From: Takakia lepidozioides
Lineage: Eukaryota; Plantae; Bryophyta
Reading direction: 5' to 3'
Assembly: GCA_030704615.1 (NCBI GenBank)
Contig: CM060734.1
Coordinates: 47,678,001 to 47,742,000 of the forward strand
DNA length: 64,000 nt
Below are positions 1 to 20,930 of the stretch, piece after piece (within the stretch, counting starts at the first letter, position 1; the number at the start of each line of letters is the position of its first letter). Position numbers and translations under genes: made by a program. The notes below the pieces were generated by a model. It ran no database searches. It was not told where the DNA came from and saw only the letters and a program-made list of their open reading frames with translations.

Positions 1-1719
1 CCTCTCCATGTCTTCCTCTGATATGTGCCTCCTGCCCTCCCTGCTTGCATTTTGTAACTGGATGGATGTTCTTGGGATGCAGGCAGTGATGGCAATGCCA
101 GACATAGTTGTGCAAGCAAAATTGGCACCGCTTTGCGCTACCTTAAACAGTTTGGACTCGAGAAAGTCCTACGCTTGGGGGCTTCATTTCGTCCTTTTGC
201 TGGGCAGAATGAGATGAGCCTTTCACCAAACATTCTCCGCCAGCTTGAGGTTTGTTCCAGAGTATTGCTTAATAGGTTGAGGTTTGTCTGGGCAAACAAC
301 CAACGTGGCCAGCCACTTGTCTTATAATTAAATGTTTCTGATGGCTCCCCCTGCAATAATGGATAGTAATCCAACCCCATAAATGCATGGCACACAAAGT
401 TGCTTGATATTGAGGTGACCTCTTACAGAAATTATTTTGTCAGATAGTTAAACAATCTGTTAAATCCCCAGCAGTGAGGGACAAAAAACTAGGACATCAG
501 TTGGATGCTACAATGAGGAAAATATAAGTTTGGCTTCTTCCTCACTTTTGTCACCCTCTCCATGAATATCTCTGGTTGGCGCTCAAACCCTGTTGAGCTG
601 TAGATGTTGTCCATGCCAATGCATTCTTCTTCACCAAATCCATGTTTTTGCCCTAAATCCTTGATGTCTTGGCTGGATTTTGCAGAATAGGCATCCCATC
701 CCCTATTTTGGCCTTCTTTGCACTTCCCCGTGTCAACATGTTGATGTGGGGTGTTGTTGTAGTCTTATTGGAGTGTGATCACTTATATGGTATATCTCGT
801 CCAACTCATCCAGTGCCTCCAGCTCATTATGAGTGAACTGACATGATACTTGTGCTGTTGGTTGCATCATGTACTCCGTGCTTGGCAGTGGGTAAGCTTC
901 TCCTCCTTCCACGTACTCATTGATCACTGCAAAAGGTACTCCATACATCTTCCCTTGAGGTCCTGCCCCTTTTTTTGCTTCTGTGATTGATTCAACTTTG
1001 CTGAAAGTTTACCAAGACCCATGTTGGGTTAGCGTGTGACGTGACGACTGTGTCTCATGTTATTACAGATATTGCACAGTGTTCTTTGTTTGGGCCTTCT
1101 GATGCCTTGTCTGATGGACTCAAGTCTATCAAAATCAACTTGTATCCACTATGCTTCCATGTTGTTGCTGTCAGCAGCTTGTTCTTCTGCCAGCTGAACC
1201 CCGACAGGGCCTGGGTCTTCCCTTCTGCCCGCATCAGGGTCCTTGATTCTAGTAGCACCAGAACAAACTAGTATTACAACAATTTAGCCCATGTGTGGGC
1301 TTGCTTATTTTTGCTTACTGGACCTTTTCAGGCGTGGATTTTTGGACCTTGTGGCCTTTGAGGTGTCCATTGGGACATTGGTCTCATTTGGATTTTTGTA
1401 ATATAATTTACACGGCGTGTATTCCCCTGAACTTGTCTATTTTGAATGTCCTTGTGGTTGCTAGTATGCAAGAGGGGTCCATTCTTTTTTTATATCAGAA
1501 TTTCACCATGTAATGAAGAATTTAAATCATTTAATCTATTTTTATTTTATATAACATTATTAAATTAAACAATAATACCATTTAATAAAATTTTCCAAGC
1601 TGCTATCCCCTGTTTTCAAAAATAAAATATAAATTTAAGAATTTAAAATTACAAATATAACTATTAAATTATTTTCAGAGACATTCTTGATGACACGTGG
1701 CATAAACCCTGCCATATAT

Positions 1720-2082
1720 GCTAGTCATATATTATGTCTAAGTGCCACATGTCACATCTGAAGTGCAACAGGTGTCGTGACGTGTTGCTTGCGCAGTGGT
1801 GCACGTGTTCCTCTAAAGCCTCTCCATGTAGGCAACGCTCATCAGACAATGTAGTCATATAGTTAGTCGCATGTAAGTCATAGAGTTGTAACTACATCAC
1901 TCTCTTATGCATGACTCCAGGTGCCACGCACGCAGTCACGGCTACGACTTGCAAAATGCAGTCCTAAAGACTAGTCGCTATGACAGGGCTTTTTTCACTA
2001 CGGAGTGATGTAGTCATGAACGCATATAGGACTGAAAAAATAGTCATATGTGCAGTCATAAAAACGCTCATCTGTTGTAGTG
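1720..2082. mobile_element. CACTA (En/Spm) transposon terminus with subterminal repeats; the element probably extends left beyond the window start
   Basis: Ends ...TCTGTTGTAGTG at 2082 (reverse complement CACTACAACAGA). It is preceded by many short (T/C)AGTC(A/G) repeats in both orientations over 1720-2060. Confidence 0.75.
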
Positions 2083-3497
2083 TTTCTAGGGATTAACTTC
2101 CACTAAGAGACAGTTGTGTTGTGCAATCCCACCATTGTCGAGTGTTATCCCACCCACACTCTGGTGGTCAAGGAGATCATCCGTGCCATCGTCTAGGTTA
2201 CCTTTTGGCTCAAAAACAAAGAGGGGAGTGTGGTAGTTGTTTGGAGAGGGTATATACTTGCTTCACAAGCATTGATTCATCTTTTCGTCTTGTATGGCTG
2301 ACTAGGAAACGTATCTCTAGACTCCGTGCTTCCTCCGACAGACATGGATCTTTCTACGCTATTTTACTCCATACACTAGAGAAGAAATCTGCTTTTTCCA
2401 TACCATGGGTACCTCACACTTTGCTCTTCTCATAAATTTTCTCACAAACGTGTCCTTCCAGGGAGATCACTCCTTGTAAAGATTTGTTACCATCTGCAAA
2501 CACAGGATGTACAGTTGGGAGGTATTATTTGGTTTTTGTTTTTTTTGGTACCTTTGCATTACATAAATTTTGTAGTACGGATTTTTTGTAGACACCCTAT
2601 TTTGAATTATTAAAAATACTGGATTATTTTATGAGCACCCAAATTTATTTTAAAGTATTATGTAAGTATGCTTTAATCCTAACCCTCATCCTAAACCCCG
2701 CAGGTTAAGAAATCTTGTAAATGCTGGAAAAATGGGAAATTTATAACGTTGACTGGACAATATGTGAGTAACTATTCTGTGGAGGCCCTGTGAAAATTTG
2801 GGCCAATCAAGGAATTGACAGAAAATGACACCTTTACAAGTGGGCCCCTAATTTTGGGCTACCGAAAAAAAAACACATTATGAAGCGGAAAAGTCATAAT
2901 TTAGTTGACAGGATAAAATTTGATGGGCATGGGAATTGCAGGGTTTCATCCCCACGGGATCCTGCGCTATCCAACCCAAAAACCAACTAAAATGGCCAAC
3001 AAATGGGTACCACTTGGTCAACACAGGTAGCCAATGGCAACCTGTATGCAATCCCAAGAGCAAGAGACCAAGCAAAAAGAACAAGGAAGAGAGCTGGCTG
3101 CCAGACCACCTACACGCGAAAGAACAGAATTTTGCCCTAACCACGAATTAGGGCAATCAGAAAACTAATCTTGGTGCTCCACGTTGCCATACATTCCGTG
3201 GCACAGAAAATTCTAAAAAATAACAAAATATCGAAAAGTTATTTACCGTGAACAACCCATGAGGCCCATTTTGGGCTTGGTGGGCGCTTAAGGGTTGATA
3301 GAGAATCCGCGGTAGAGGAAAACTTGACAGGGACCTGCCATAGGAGCCCACGCTGCCTACATCCGGCGGTTCCTAATGTTGTTTGCCTAAAATATATTTC
3401 CAATAAAAAGTATCATTGTTCTCAGAACTCATAGTCCTATCATAGTCCTAGTACTGCCTACTATAGAAATAAAAATCAATGCTATTTTAGTAAGATA

Positions 3498-3568
3498 GCA
3501 CTGGTGGTCTAGTGGTAGAATAGTACCCTGCCACGGTACAGACCCGGGTTCGATTCCCGGCCAGTGCA
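3498..3568 (+). tRNA. trnG-GCC: tRNA-Gly (GCC)
   Basis: 71-nt cloverleaf: acceptor GCACTGG/CCAGTGC, anticodon loop CTGCCAC, T-loop GGTTCGATTCC. A Pol III T-run follows at 3577-3581. Confidence 0.97.
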
Positions 3569-4221
3569 TGAAGACATTTTTCAAACGTATTTCAAGGGGC
3601 TTCATGTTTATTCCCCAGAATCTGTCCTTTTTCGTCAAATGTATCTGAAGAGCACCTCCGACCTTCGGATGATGGACTCTTAGGAATTTTGGGTACAATG
3701 AGGTATGCAAGATGCAATTACTGTAAGCTTGCCTAAAACAGACAAGAGCAGCACAACGTTAGTCGATTCCAGTTCACAATTTCATGATGCAGTTGTGGGA
3801 CAGGTCACTGTAGAGGGATCATCTTACTAAGTTACCAACCAGATGCAACAGAATTTTTTGCGAAAAGGACTCAAAATCCCAACATCCCGCTTTGTCGTCA
3901 ACCTACTGTTCAAGTGAACCATCTGAGATGAAATCGCAGTAATTCTTTATTACATGGTGCACCACACTCATACACTGACCAATTTTGGACAACTGACATA
4001 CCCAGATACACTCGCAAGCGGGGGTTCCCTATGTTGAAATGTACTAAGCCTAATGTGATGCTTACGTCACCTTCCTTTCCAGATGTGTCATGAACTGTGG
4101 CTGGTTCATATAGGTTTATTGGCAGATGAAGTGATGTTGAAGGGCCCCACCTAACTGAAGTGAAGATAATAGTTGAGCTTTTGCATGCTAATAGACATTG
4201 GGAAATGCCACGATATCAGGG

Positions 4222-7200
4222 TTACTTCTGATTGCAGTAAACTGCATCCACATCATCAAGTTCTAGTAGTCTTTCAATAAGAGCTTTGTTTAGATCCACT
4301 GCTTCATCATCAGCCTGTCAAAGCAAACCACAAACAATCAGGCCTTCTGTATGTCATACATTACCATTCATACCCATCCACAAACATTGACCTTAAAACT
4401 GTCCTGGTTTGGCAGTACAGCCAACTGTGTCCACTGAGATATACCCCAGCTGTGCTCAGACACAAAGGTGACAATGAGTCCAAGGTTTACTGCCCGAGAG
4501 GAGTTATTTCTACCAGGCCTAGGACAAATTTCTCAGTTTGGGCCAGAAATGAGAAAGTTATAGATCCTCAATGAGAAGGATAAGCTAGCACCCAGAGACG
4601 ACCCTATGATACATCATCTTTTTTGCCAGCATAATTAGGTGGTTTTTTACCAGTAGATGGTAAAAAAACGTATAAATGAGGTCAGTCTGTAAACATCGGT
4701 TTAAACAGGCATAGCTCATGGGCGGTCATGGCTTCCAGTGTATCCAAAACATTGTTGTGCTCAAATAGGGTTGATCATAATCTCGCAGTTCATGGAGTTA
4801 TGTAGTTCTATCAAGATGTACTACCTCCACAGTGGGAGGACATTGCAGTGGGGGATTGGGAGGAGTCTGGTTTAAAAAAGGAAGTCTTCTTTCCTGCAAG
4901 ATAAGGGAGTTGCAAAAGTTGTGGGGCTACCTCGATGGTTGACACAGGAATGAGCTCAAGACCAGAACTATCTGCATTAATGGGAACCCCTGCCTCCTGC
5001 AAGCTCACCCTTACAGCTGCAAATTGATCCACCGGTGTTATCACCTTGTAGTACCTGCACCCAAGCATACAGCAATTTGAATATTTCACCCTTTCCAGAC
5101 CAGCCCTGACAGAAACACTCAAGTGGCCATGCAGCAGCATTGTTGTTGCCTTAGTGCCAGTGCGTTCTTGGGCTGCTGGCCAGACATGAGTGACAATCCA
5201 GTACCCAGTGAAAACCCAGAATTCCAGGGCAGAACGTAGAGAGAAAAGCACAAGACAGCCCTTAACTTTAAGCAAAGAGAGTGAATATGTAGCTTACTTC
5301 TCTTCCTCCTCTTCATCGTCTTCCTCATCATAGGACGAAGGCTCCAAGACGTCTTCCGCACCAGCATCCATAGCAGCAAGCAAAAGCTCATCTCCTTCTA
5401 CTTTATCTGCATTTACATTGATCACACCAGCACGCTTGAAGTTAAAGAGCACGGAGCCAGAGTCTGCCATTTTGGCACCTCCCTTTTTTACCACGTCGCG
5501 GATGTTAGCTGCAGCGCGATTGAAGTTATCCGTTAGGACTTCCAACACTAGTCCCACCCCTCCATACCCATACACCTGGAAGCCAAGGAGGAAGCAACAT
5601 CAATAGGTGGTCTTCTCTGCCCTCTGCACAATCCCTCTCATCTTCTTCTTCCCGTCCACACCCCCACACACCTCCCGGCCAAAAAAAGCACCACTTGCAA
5701 TCCTCTTTCTACATACTGCCGAGGATTACCTGATTGGAGATCATGAGTCTCCTACATCAACTATGCCATAATGCTGTATTGAAGCGATCAACTTCTTATC
5801 CAAGACCTGGAGCTCACAGCTGGTTCACCTCAAACACAAAAACTTTTATCCTTACAAAAGCTTGGTAAGACACATGCAAGAAGATGTACCTCATAAGTCA
5901 GTTCAACAAAATCTTGCTGGCCCCTGTCTGTAGCTTTTTTGATGTTCCGATCAATTATATCCTTGGGAACATCAGCCTCCTTTGCTTGCTGTAACAGCAC
6001 TGCCAAGGCAGAGTTCGCTGCTGGACTCGGCCCACCTTCTTTAACTCTGCCAACCCAATCAAAGAGCCTGATGAGAAGATGGTTATCTTGCCTGCCTGAC
6101 AAGAATGATGGGATCAAATGTAAATAGAAGGTGGGCACTTTTTAAACATCAACTGTCAGTGCAGCTTCCACTTTTCCTGCCCCAAAGATCCGTTAAGTGC
6201 CATTTTGTGCACAGCCCTGCCCACAACTGATTGAAACATGTGTCATATAGCCCCTTTGAAACGATCCATTGAGCTGAGTCTGGCCATGTGACCTAATCAT
6301 TGGGCTGTCAATTAATAATTAGTGAAAGAGTACCATGAAGAATGTACTCATAAGACTTTGTTTGCCGTAGCCTTGTGGGCCATTGACCCCGCACCCAGTC
6401 TGAGCGGAACACAAAGGGACAGAACCTACCTCGGTCAGGGGCTGACGTCGGTAGTAAGACTTACCTTGATAGAAAACATTGATCTGGGTTTTCCAGATAT
6501 CCTCTAGAAATCCCTTCACACAAGCATCAATCTGCTGTGTGGTTTGCCCAATAACTAGGCCCCAGAAGGGCTCGGGCTTTTGGCTCAGCCTCGAGACTTT
6601 CAAAGTTGGTAAACTTTGAGTACCATGAAGAGAGGGATAAAGAGAGTTTTGGGGATATGAAGTCCTATTATTACCAAGAATAATTTCATTGCCACCGAAC
6701 AACAAAGACTGCGGGAGGAAGAAGGAGCAAGGAAACACACACAGTAATTATTTGCTTGCCAATCTTGCCATAGAGCTTTGCTTTTTTCTTGTCTTGTGCT
6801 CCCTGCACCACAAATTGTCAACAAAAGGTAAGGAAACTTATAGAGAGAAATAGTGTACCCATAGGAACATTGAGATGCGGCAACTTGGTGACCATTCCCT
6901 TTGTTGGGAATAAACTGCCCTGCCTGATTGACTAGGTCAGTATGAACTGCCATAACTCTTTCACACCTAACAAAATCCCCTTTCTAAGAATGTACTCATA
7001 AGACACTGTTTGCGGTAGACCCCGGCACATATTTGGTAGAACAAAAAGGAACAAACACTACCTTTGTGAGCACATCACTCTCCTTTCTAACAGTGCACAC
7101 CTGAGAGAGAGAGAGGGGAAAGAAAGAAAGAAGGAACTTTGCATTGTTCCCAGGTAGCCCCGCTTGTAGAGAGGGCGAGATGATCCTCAACAGAATATAC

Positions 7201-8150
7201 CTTTCTGGTAGCAATCTTTGCTGAGCGCCTTCCCATCTGAACTGGTGCAGAGATCCATAGACATCGTGAGCCCCAAGTTATATTCTTCCCATCATGTGGC
7301 CACATTGTAGTGGACTCTCCTCCCAACTCCCCTCTCCGACTGCCCAGCATCACATTATCAGAAACCTTCCTTGAATCCTTCCCAGCTGCAGCATCCCACA
7401 CTCCTCCCTCGTGAAAATTCCCTCTTTTTTGTTCTCTGCTGTTGCTTGGACATCATTTGCAACACCCCAACTTTTTTCTTCCTTGATGCATTGTGGCATT
7501 GATTCCACTTCAACAATACCCAATCAGAAATATAAGGGCGAGGTTGACTGAAGATGTTCTGAAAAGACAGAGAGCCACATATGCAAATGCTGCATTGTGG
7601 GTGCATCAAGCGGGAGTCATGTTAATAAAATTACTCACAGTTTGTAACAATAAAATATGAAAATTCCAGTTAGAAATGTCAGTTGCAGATTCGACATGTA
7701 ATTCTTAAAATCCTCCGAAGCTCAGAAGGAAATCCCAGATGCATCAATACTTTATAATCTCTATGTTTCTCTCTCCCTCCTTCTTTCTCTCCATACACCA
7801 TACTAACCGTAGTTAAGGGCTATTTGACGTCTGGTGTGCCGAGCCACTGATTTATAATTTATCATCGGACACTAAGAGTTTGAGTACCTAGGTGGACAAC
7901 CATCATGAACAGAAAAAACGTGCACACCTTTTTCCTTCAAAGACGCCATCCCATGTCCGGGAGAACTCACCACTCCCCTCCCGTGAGGAAAACAGTATAT
8001 TTCACCATCCCCGGGAAGTCCTTGTGTGTGAAAATAATTAGGGTTTGACAGCATACTGGGAAGAGGCTTACATAGGCCGCCATTAGTCTGCGAAAGACAG
8101 CGAAATGGACACGGTTGCAAGATCGCCCTCAGAGCAGCACTTGCTCCCAT
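4222..8150 (-). CDS. YebC/PmpR (TACO1-like) organellar protein, multi-exon
   Basis: Exons ~7201-74xx (MGRRSAKIATRK), 6741-6802 (GAQDKKKAKLYGKIGKQI), 5890-6046 (VKEGGPSP...DIIDRNIKKA), 5298-5575 (YGYGGVGLVLEVLTDNFNRA), 4931-5054 and 4222-4314 (LLELDDVDAVYCNQK*). The transit-peptide exon (MGASAALRAILQ, ATG ~8150, or upstream ATG 8306) and its splice sites are uncertain. Confidence 0.88.
6342..6617 (-). mobile_element. 5'-truncated non-LTR retroelement copy (RTE-X-like 3' end) in a YebC intron
   Basis: Near-identical to the 3' part of the 10188-10548 copy. Flanked by the 14-bp direct repeat GAGTACCATGAAGA (6328-6341 / 6618-6631). Confidence 0.8.
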
Positions 8151-8572
8151 GGCCGGCCCTGCTCTCATCTGAGGAAGCAGACGGAGCTCTTGACGGGAAT
8201 CAGTCCAAGAGACAGACGTCGACGGACCTTCCTCGTTTCCTACTGACGATCCTCGTCCACTGGGCATCCACACAAGGGACGCACGCCGACGGACGCCGTC
8301 TGCCATGTGCGATACTCGTTCCGTTCTAGCGATGGCCGTCGACGGCTTTTCGGCGGCCGACGTTGACCGGTCCTTCGTTCCTGTGACGGCGGTCGTCGTC
8401 TGCTTCTTGGGTAGCAGCGAGATTCTTGGGCCGTGTCCGTTCTGTGATCGCGCTTGCGATCGTCAAGGCCGGGATGCGCAGATCGTCTGTTGTCTCCATC
8501 TTTCTTGCTGCTTCTGTGTTGCGATCTTCTTTCTCATTTTTTTTTCCGTAGCAGTGAAGAAAACAGACGGCT

Positions 8573-15761
<7,189 letters not shown>

Positions 15762-17608
15762 GCTTGGTTAGTCCTGACCACTTGTCAGGTTTGCCACAAA
15801 CTCCTATGCCTCTTATTAATCCCCTTACAGTTTCTGTTGTCTTTTGCTTGTGAGATGCCTCGTAAACTTCCAAATCGACAGTGACCTAGAGTATCTTGCC
15901 GCAGTTGCATCAGCGTGCTACTTTGAATTCTAGTTAGCCCATCAAGGGCATGGTTGTACTGTGATGTGGGACCTCTAGCCCCAGGGTTTGGCAGCAATGT
16001 ACTTTCATTGACAGACAGGAAAAGTTTTAGCCTGGGTACAAGATTTAAGCAATTTTCGGAATTAACACTACTGGTAGGACTAAGAAGGCGTTGTTTTTGA
16101 ATATTCTTGCACAAACAACCACCTGAGTGGGGTTAGATTGCAGAGTTCCACAATGTTCTTAGTGAGCTTAGCCTGTCTAGTGTGAGTGCATATACGAAAA
16201 AGAATGGGCTGACCGAGTCTTGCTTTGTTCAACTACTCTTTGCAACAAAGAGTTATGTACGTCATGTTGGGACCAGCTTTTCACGGCATTCAGCTCCAAC
16301 ACTTGGCTCAAAAACTCTGTACCAACAACTGTCACACCAAAAGAATCAGTCTGTGGAACGGTTGGTATCTGTTGATAAAACGAGCTTCAAAAGAGTCCCA
16401 CTCACTTTGCTATGGCTGTGTACAGGACCACACCAACCATGCATGCTCTCCTTTGAAGTGCAAGTTTCAATCTTCAGGCTGCCTAGCAGGAAGGGAGTAC
16501 CATGACCAACATTTCACCTGACAAAGGGTGAGGGTGTGGGCTTAGGTCTCTATGAAATCTGGACTTCCACCTTCACGGACATAGATGTGGAGAGTTTGAA
16601 CAATTATTGGGCTTCTACTGAGATTTGCCATTACAAAAATTCTGGGCAGGAGAAGTTGCTCATCACCCAGCACAGGGATTGCTTGCCTTCAGGTTGTTGA
16701 AAGACTGTCAGAGAACTGTTATGGTGCATGAACCATTCATGGATGGTGCATGATAGGCATGCACTACACAAGAGAACTGTTTTCTGTCTGATATCTGGGC
16801 GAAAACATCTCTTCTTTTTTCTTTTTCCTTTCTTTTAGCAAAGTAGAGTTGAATCACTGGAGTGACCTTGCGAAAAAGCCACGAATACTTACAAGGGGAC
16901 ACTGCCCCGTAATCAGATTGTACTGAGAGAAAGTCAGAAAGCAGAAACTAGCAAGGGCAGATAGGGAAATACTAATGGCTATCAAATAGCCTGTTACGTT
17001 CGAAGGACAGCTGGGCTTTAGGTTTGTGTATATGAAATTTTTCCTATGATGCTAGTTAACCTCGGGCTTCTCCGGATTGGCCGAGGAGAAGCAGGTGGTG
17101 CTAAGGGAGCTCCTAGGAGAGAGGGAGCTGTTCCATGTAACTCTCAATCTGGATTGTCTTGCAGAGGACTTCATTTTTCCCCAGGAGATATCAAAGCTCC
17201 GCCCTCCTTCTTTCGGCTCGTCTGCAAAGAGCTACACATAAAACCCTCCGCGGGCTTTAGACATGAGTTAACTCTGGAAATCAACACTATCATGCAGGGC
17301 GCTTTCTTTTTCATAATAAAAAAAATCAGATATTCCACAGAACATGAGTCCTCAAAGTAGCCCACATTGGCCAATTACTCCACAGAGAATCTCTACTATT
17401 TGAAAATGAAAAAAAGTATGGGACAGGCATGGGACTTCTAGAAAATAAACATGACCGAGATTTACTTTTTTGGATGGGATGTAAAACTGAAGACCGTGAA
17501 AGTTTCATCCCTTGGATGGGAAAATGTCAGGGGCTAAATCAAGCAGGTGTGGCCACTTTTATTAGGGTTGTTTGGGGGGGGGGAGCACACCAATAAATCA
17601 AGGTATCT

Positions 17609-17734
17609 GGTTTCGCCAGCGAAATAATGGGTTCCGCCAGAGAAATAATGAGTTTTGTCAGCGAAATAGTGGGTTTTGCCAATGAAATAGTGCATTTCCT
17701 CAGCGAAATAGTGGATTTTGTTGGCAAAATTTCC
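17609..17734. repeat. Six 21-bp tandem repeats with an internal palindrome
   Basis: Units such as GGTTTCGCCAGCGAAATAATG at exact 21-bp period, followed by (AAACCT)n at ~17785-17803. Confidence 0.85.
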
Positions 17735-17959
17735 AAGTATTGCTGCATAGGTCAGTTTCGTGGGCGAAACAAAATGTATGGTTTAACCTAAACCTAAACC
17801 TAACGAATTAGGGTGATAGGGTGACTAACCCATGTGCTCACGTGCGCACAATTTGGTCCACTGAGCACAAATTTCCAATTTTAGTTTCGTTACAGCATCT
17901 TTTCGAGAATATTTGTAAATTTTTGGACATTTTTTCTTCTGCTCCTGCTCGCGTGCTAC

Positions 17960-18416
17960 CCAACCTCGGCTGAAGGATGTGCCAATGACTAACAACCAGC
18001 ATGTAGCCCAGTGGTAATGGGCACATACCACGTTGGATGTGGTTGTGGGTTCAAACTCTGTCTGGTGTGTCACGAAGGTGTCCACCTTTCGGCTGGAAGG
18101 AAATAGCCCTTGTGGTGAAGTGACACCATAAGTTACGCTCCCTTCGGGAGGTGTCATACTTTACTTTACTTTTGCCGATGACTACTCCATTTGCAACCAC
18201 GACCGGCTTTTGTGAGTCGGGAGTGGCAGTTGTCCACAAGACAGTGCCGTCAACGGCGTCAATTGCCATCCACCCACCCCCAGTGGTGACATTAGCCGAC
18301 GGACGAGAGTGAAGCTTTCGTTCTCACTGTTGACGATGTTACCGTAGATGTGTTTCCCATCCGTCGGTGATCCCCACATTGCTCCCCCTATTACCCCCCC
18401 CCCCCGGCCCTACAAC
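17960..18416 (-). pseudogene. PQQ-type beta-propeller (polyvinyl-alcohol-dehydrogenase-like) exon, frameshifted and SINE-interrupted
   Basis: GPGGG..GGAMWGSPTDGKHIYGNIVNS, then a frameshift, then GGWMAIDAVDGTVLWTT...VANGVVIG. The reading resumes (VIGTS) on the far side of the SINE. Confidence 0.75.
17992..18172 (+). mobile_element. tRNA-derived SINE
   Basis: A box TAGCCCAGTGG, B box GGTTCAAAC, (TACTT)n tail. 12-bp TSD TGCC(A/G)ATGACTA at 17980-17991 / 18173-18184. Confidence 0.8.
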
Positions 18417-19309
18417 CTGTGCACAAATAGTATACCAATTGTGTTGGGGGCAGGGTTTTTTTTTTCATTTTGGCTGTAGATGGCTACAAAATTTGAAGGC
18501 TAAGTGCAAAGGTGGCGATGACATAGATGCTTAGCTAAAAATCAACTGGCTACAGGCTATTTCATTTGCATGCGATATGGCGATTTGAGCCTACTCACAA
18601 TCTGAAATCTAAAATAATTAATCAAAGAAGTCCAAAGATGGCCAGCAAAAACCATAGCCTCAATTTCAAATAGCAAGGGTCCATGTCGTGCTCCATGGCG
18701 AGCTCTCCACCGTTGATCGTGCAATGGGGCGACAGCCGCTAGATGTAGGGCTGTGGGGAGCGTGTATTTCTGGCGCAACATGCATGTTCCCCTGGAGCTT
18801 TCTGGCACCAGCCCATGCGCGCGCCCCTATTTTCTGGCGCATTTTTTGTTATTTTTCCCAGGATTTTACATAGGGCTGTCTTATCGCAGCCCTTTGTTTT
18901 TTGTCGCTTTTAGGCCCCATTTCGCCTAAAAAAGAAGCTCTGGTTGGGGGAGTTCGGAAATACATTGAAACTGTAGAATGATTTGATTACGCCACCACCA
19001 GAGATGAATATACATGACATACCGCCGACCATAAAAGTTGGCCATTGTCACGATCGAGAGCATAGACGAATCCACTTTTATTATGTCCAAACGGCCACAA
19101 TGTCACGCAAATAATGTGATCTGGGATTCTTGCTGGCGTTGCCAAATTGTGAGCATCATGGGAGCCTCCCCAAAGTGGTAGTCAAGCCCGGGAATACAAT
19201 ACGGAGTGATGGGACATTCAGACCAGTGTCGAAGGCACCTATCTATGAAAAAAAATGCGAGATGAATGATTATTTGTACCAATGTTGGAGGGGTTTAGGC
19301 CACTTAGTG

Positions 19310-19340
<31 letters not shown>

Positions 19341-20930
19341 ACGTGGTTTCTGGCGACGGTTGGTTACGTGGAATCAGAGCATATACCACAGCCACGTACT
19401 GCAATGGATGGTGTGTCACTGTTAGATCTCTATGGTGGCAAGCTTTTTATGGAAGGAGCCGGGGAACTGATGGTGGGCCGAGAGGTAAGAGGGGAGGAAG
19501 TTAGAGTGGTGCACGCAAAAGGAGGAGGCACGCACCATCCGTCGGGTCCTTTGGAGCCCAAGCGCTTCCTTCCTTTCCACAGAGGGGAAGAGTATAGTGC
19601 GCGATGAGGCATGAGCGATGCAGCATGTTTGGGTGGATCCGCTATTGCTGCCGCCGGGCTTTTTGCCACGGTTTGGTTGGGAGGGGAGAGCAATGAGACT
19701 TTTTGTTTCTGCTGCAACCAACCTTTTTGGCAGATTAAGGTTGGAGGATTTGAAGGGTGCGTGTTCACGTGAATTGTGTTGCATGGAGGCTTCATGCGCG
19801 GGAGGCTTGAAGCCTCTGGGTTATTGTTGCTGAGACGAGGTTGTTTGGGCCCATGGAGCGCATGAGGGTTTCCTTGAAAGGTCGCTGACATCTACATGCA
19901 TCTAGGGATTTGTCATGTGCAACGTCTACAATTGAGACAATTGAGACAGTTGCTTCGGGTATTTGGACTCACCACAGGAAACATTTCACTGCACCATTAC
20001 CAGCTGTAGATGAACCTTCCTTGCATCTGTCTCACCGACTAGTGTTCGTCAGCTTGTCATTATATGCAGCTTCTCTTATTAAAAGGTGTAGTTTTGTTTT
20101 ACGTTTTAGCCCCATGCAGGTAATTAGGTGTGCTCGTACTTCAGTACCAGTGCTGTGATTAGAATGCAACAGCAGCGGACCCTCGGCTGCTGGTTTATCT
20201 GAAGGGCTATCGAAACACCGTCCCCCAATTCCAAGGCATTGGTGGCGGAAGTGCAAGTTCCTACAGGTTTGTCACACCGAGACGAAGGAAAACCTTATCA
20301 TAAGCATCCCTGTTTTGGGTTGAGGGGCAATTGATGTGAGATGGGAGAGAGTGCTGTGTCTGGAGGTTTTGCACTTCACAGGTTTGACAGACAGCAAGCT
20401 GGCATTTGGCTAGCTTATTTGATATATGGGTCTAGGCAGGGTAGGGTTTATCGACAAATCTGATTTTTGGAGAGGCAGGTCTGGTTAGGTGGGGGGGGGG
20501 GGGGGGGCTACAGAGGAGCGTCCCTTTTTGTGGTTGCCTTCTAGTCTTTGGCAGGCTCTAGGATGTCTGGTGTGGGTTAGGGATTGCTGTCTTCACACAG
20601 GGTATTCTAGAACTGGCCTGCGTTACAGGTGCCTGCTTGTCCCATTTGTGTGAAAGAGAGATATGCTCCACTGCTTACTTGAGGTACGTGAGAGATAGTC
20701 AGGAAATCACATGGAAGCGGGTTCGCCAGAGGAAATCTAAGAGAGGTCACATTTTGCCTACAACCTAGTATGATTTACACACTAGCTTTTAACCTGTAAA
20801 CTTGCTGTCAAGTTGGTGAACGCTACCGTGGGACCTGATCATTGGAGCTTTTGATCCTGGTGGCGCAGAAATTCTCCCGGTTTCCATCTGGTTTTCCGTT
20901 TGATGGTGGTGATGAAGAGAGCAATGGTGA

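Noticed and set aside
3498-3700. Dicistronic tRNA-Gly-snoRNA
   Set aside because: A T5 Pol III terminator follows 8 nt after the tRNA and no adjacent C/D boxes are evident.
17609-17734. CRISPR array
   Set aside because: The units are contiguous with no unique spacers, the context is eukaryotic and there are no cas genes.
17780-17805. Interstitial telomeric repeat
   Set aside because: The unit is AAACCT, not AAACCCT, and there are only about three copies.
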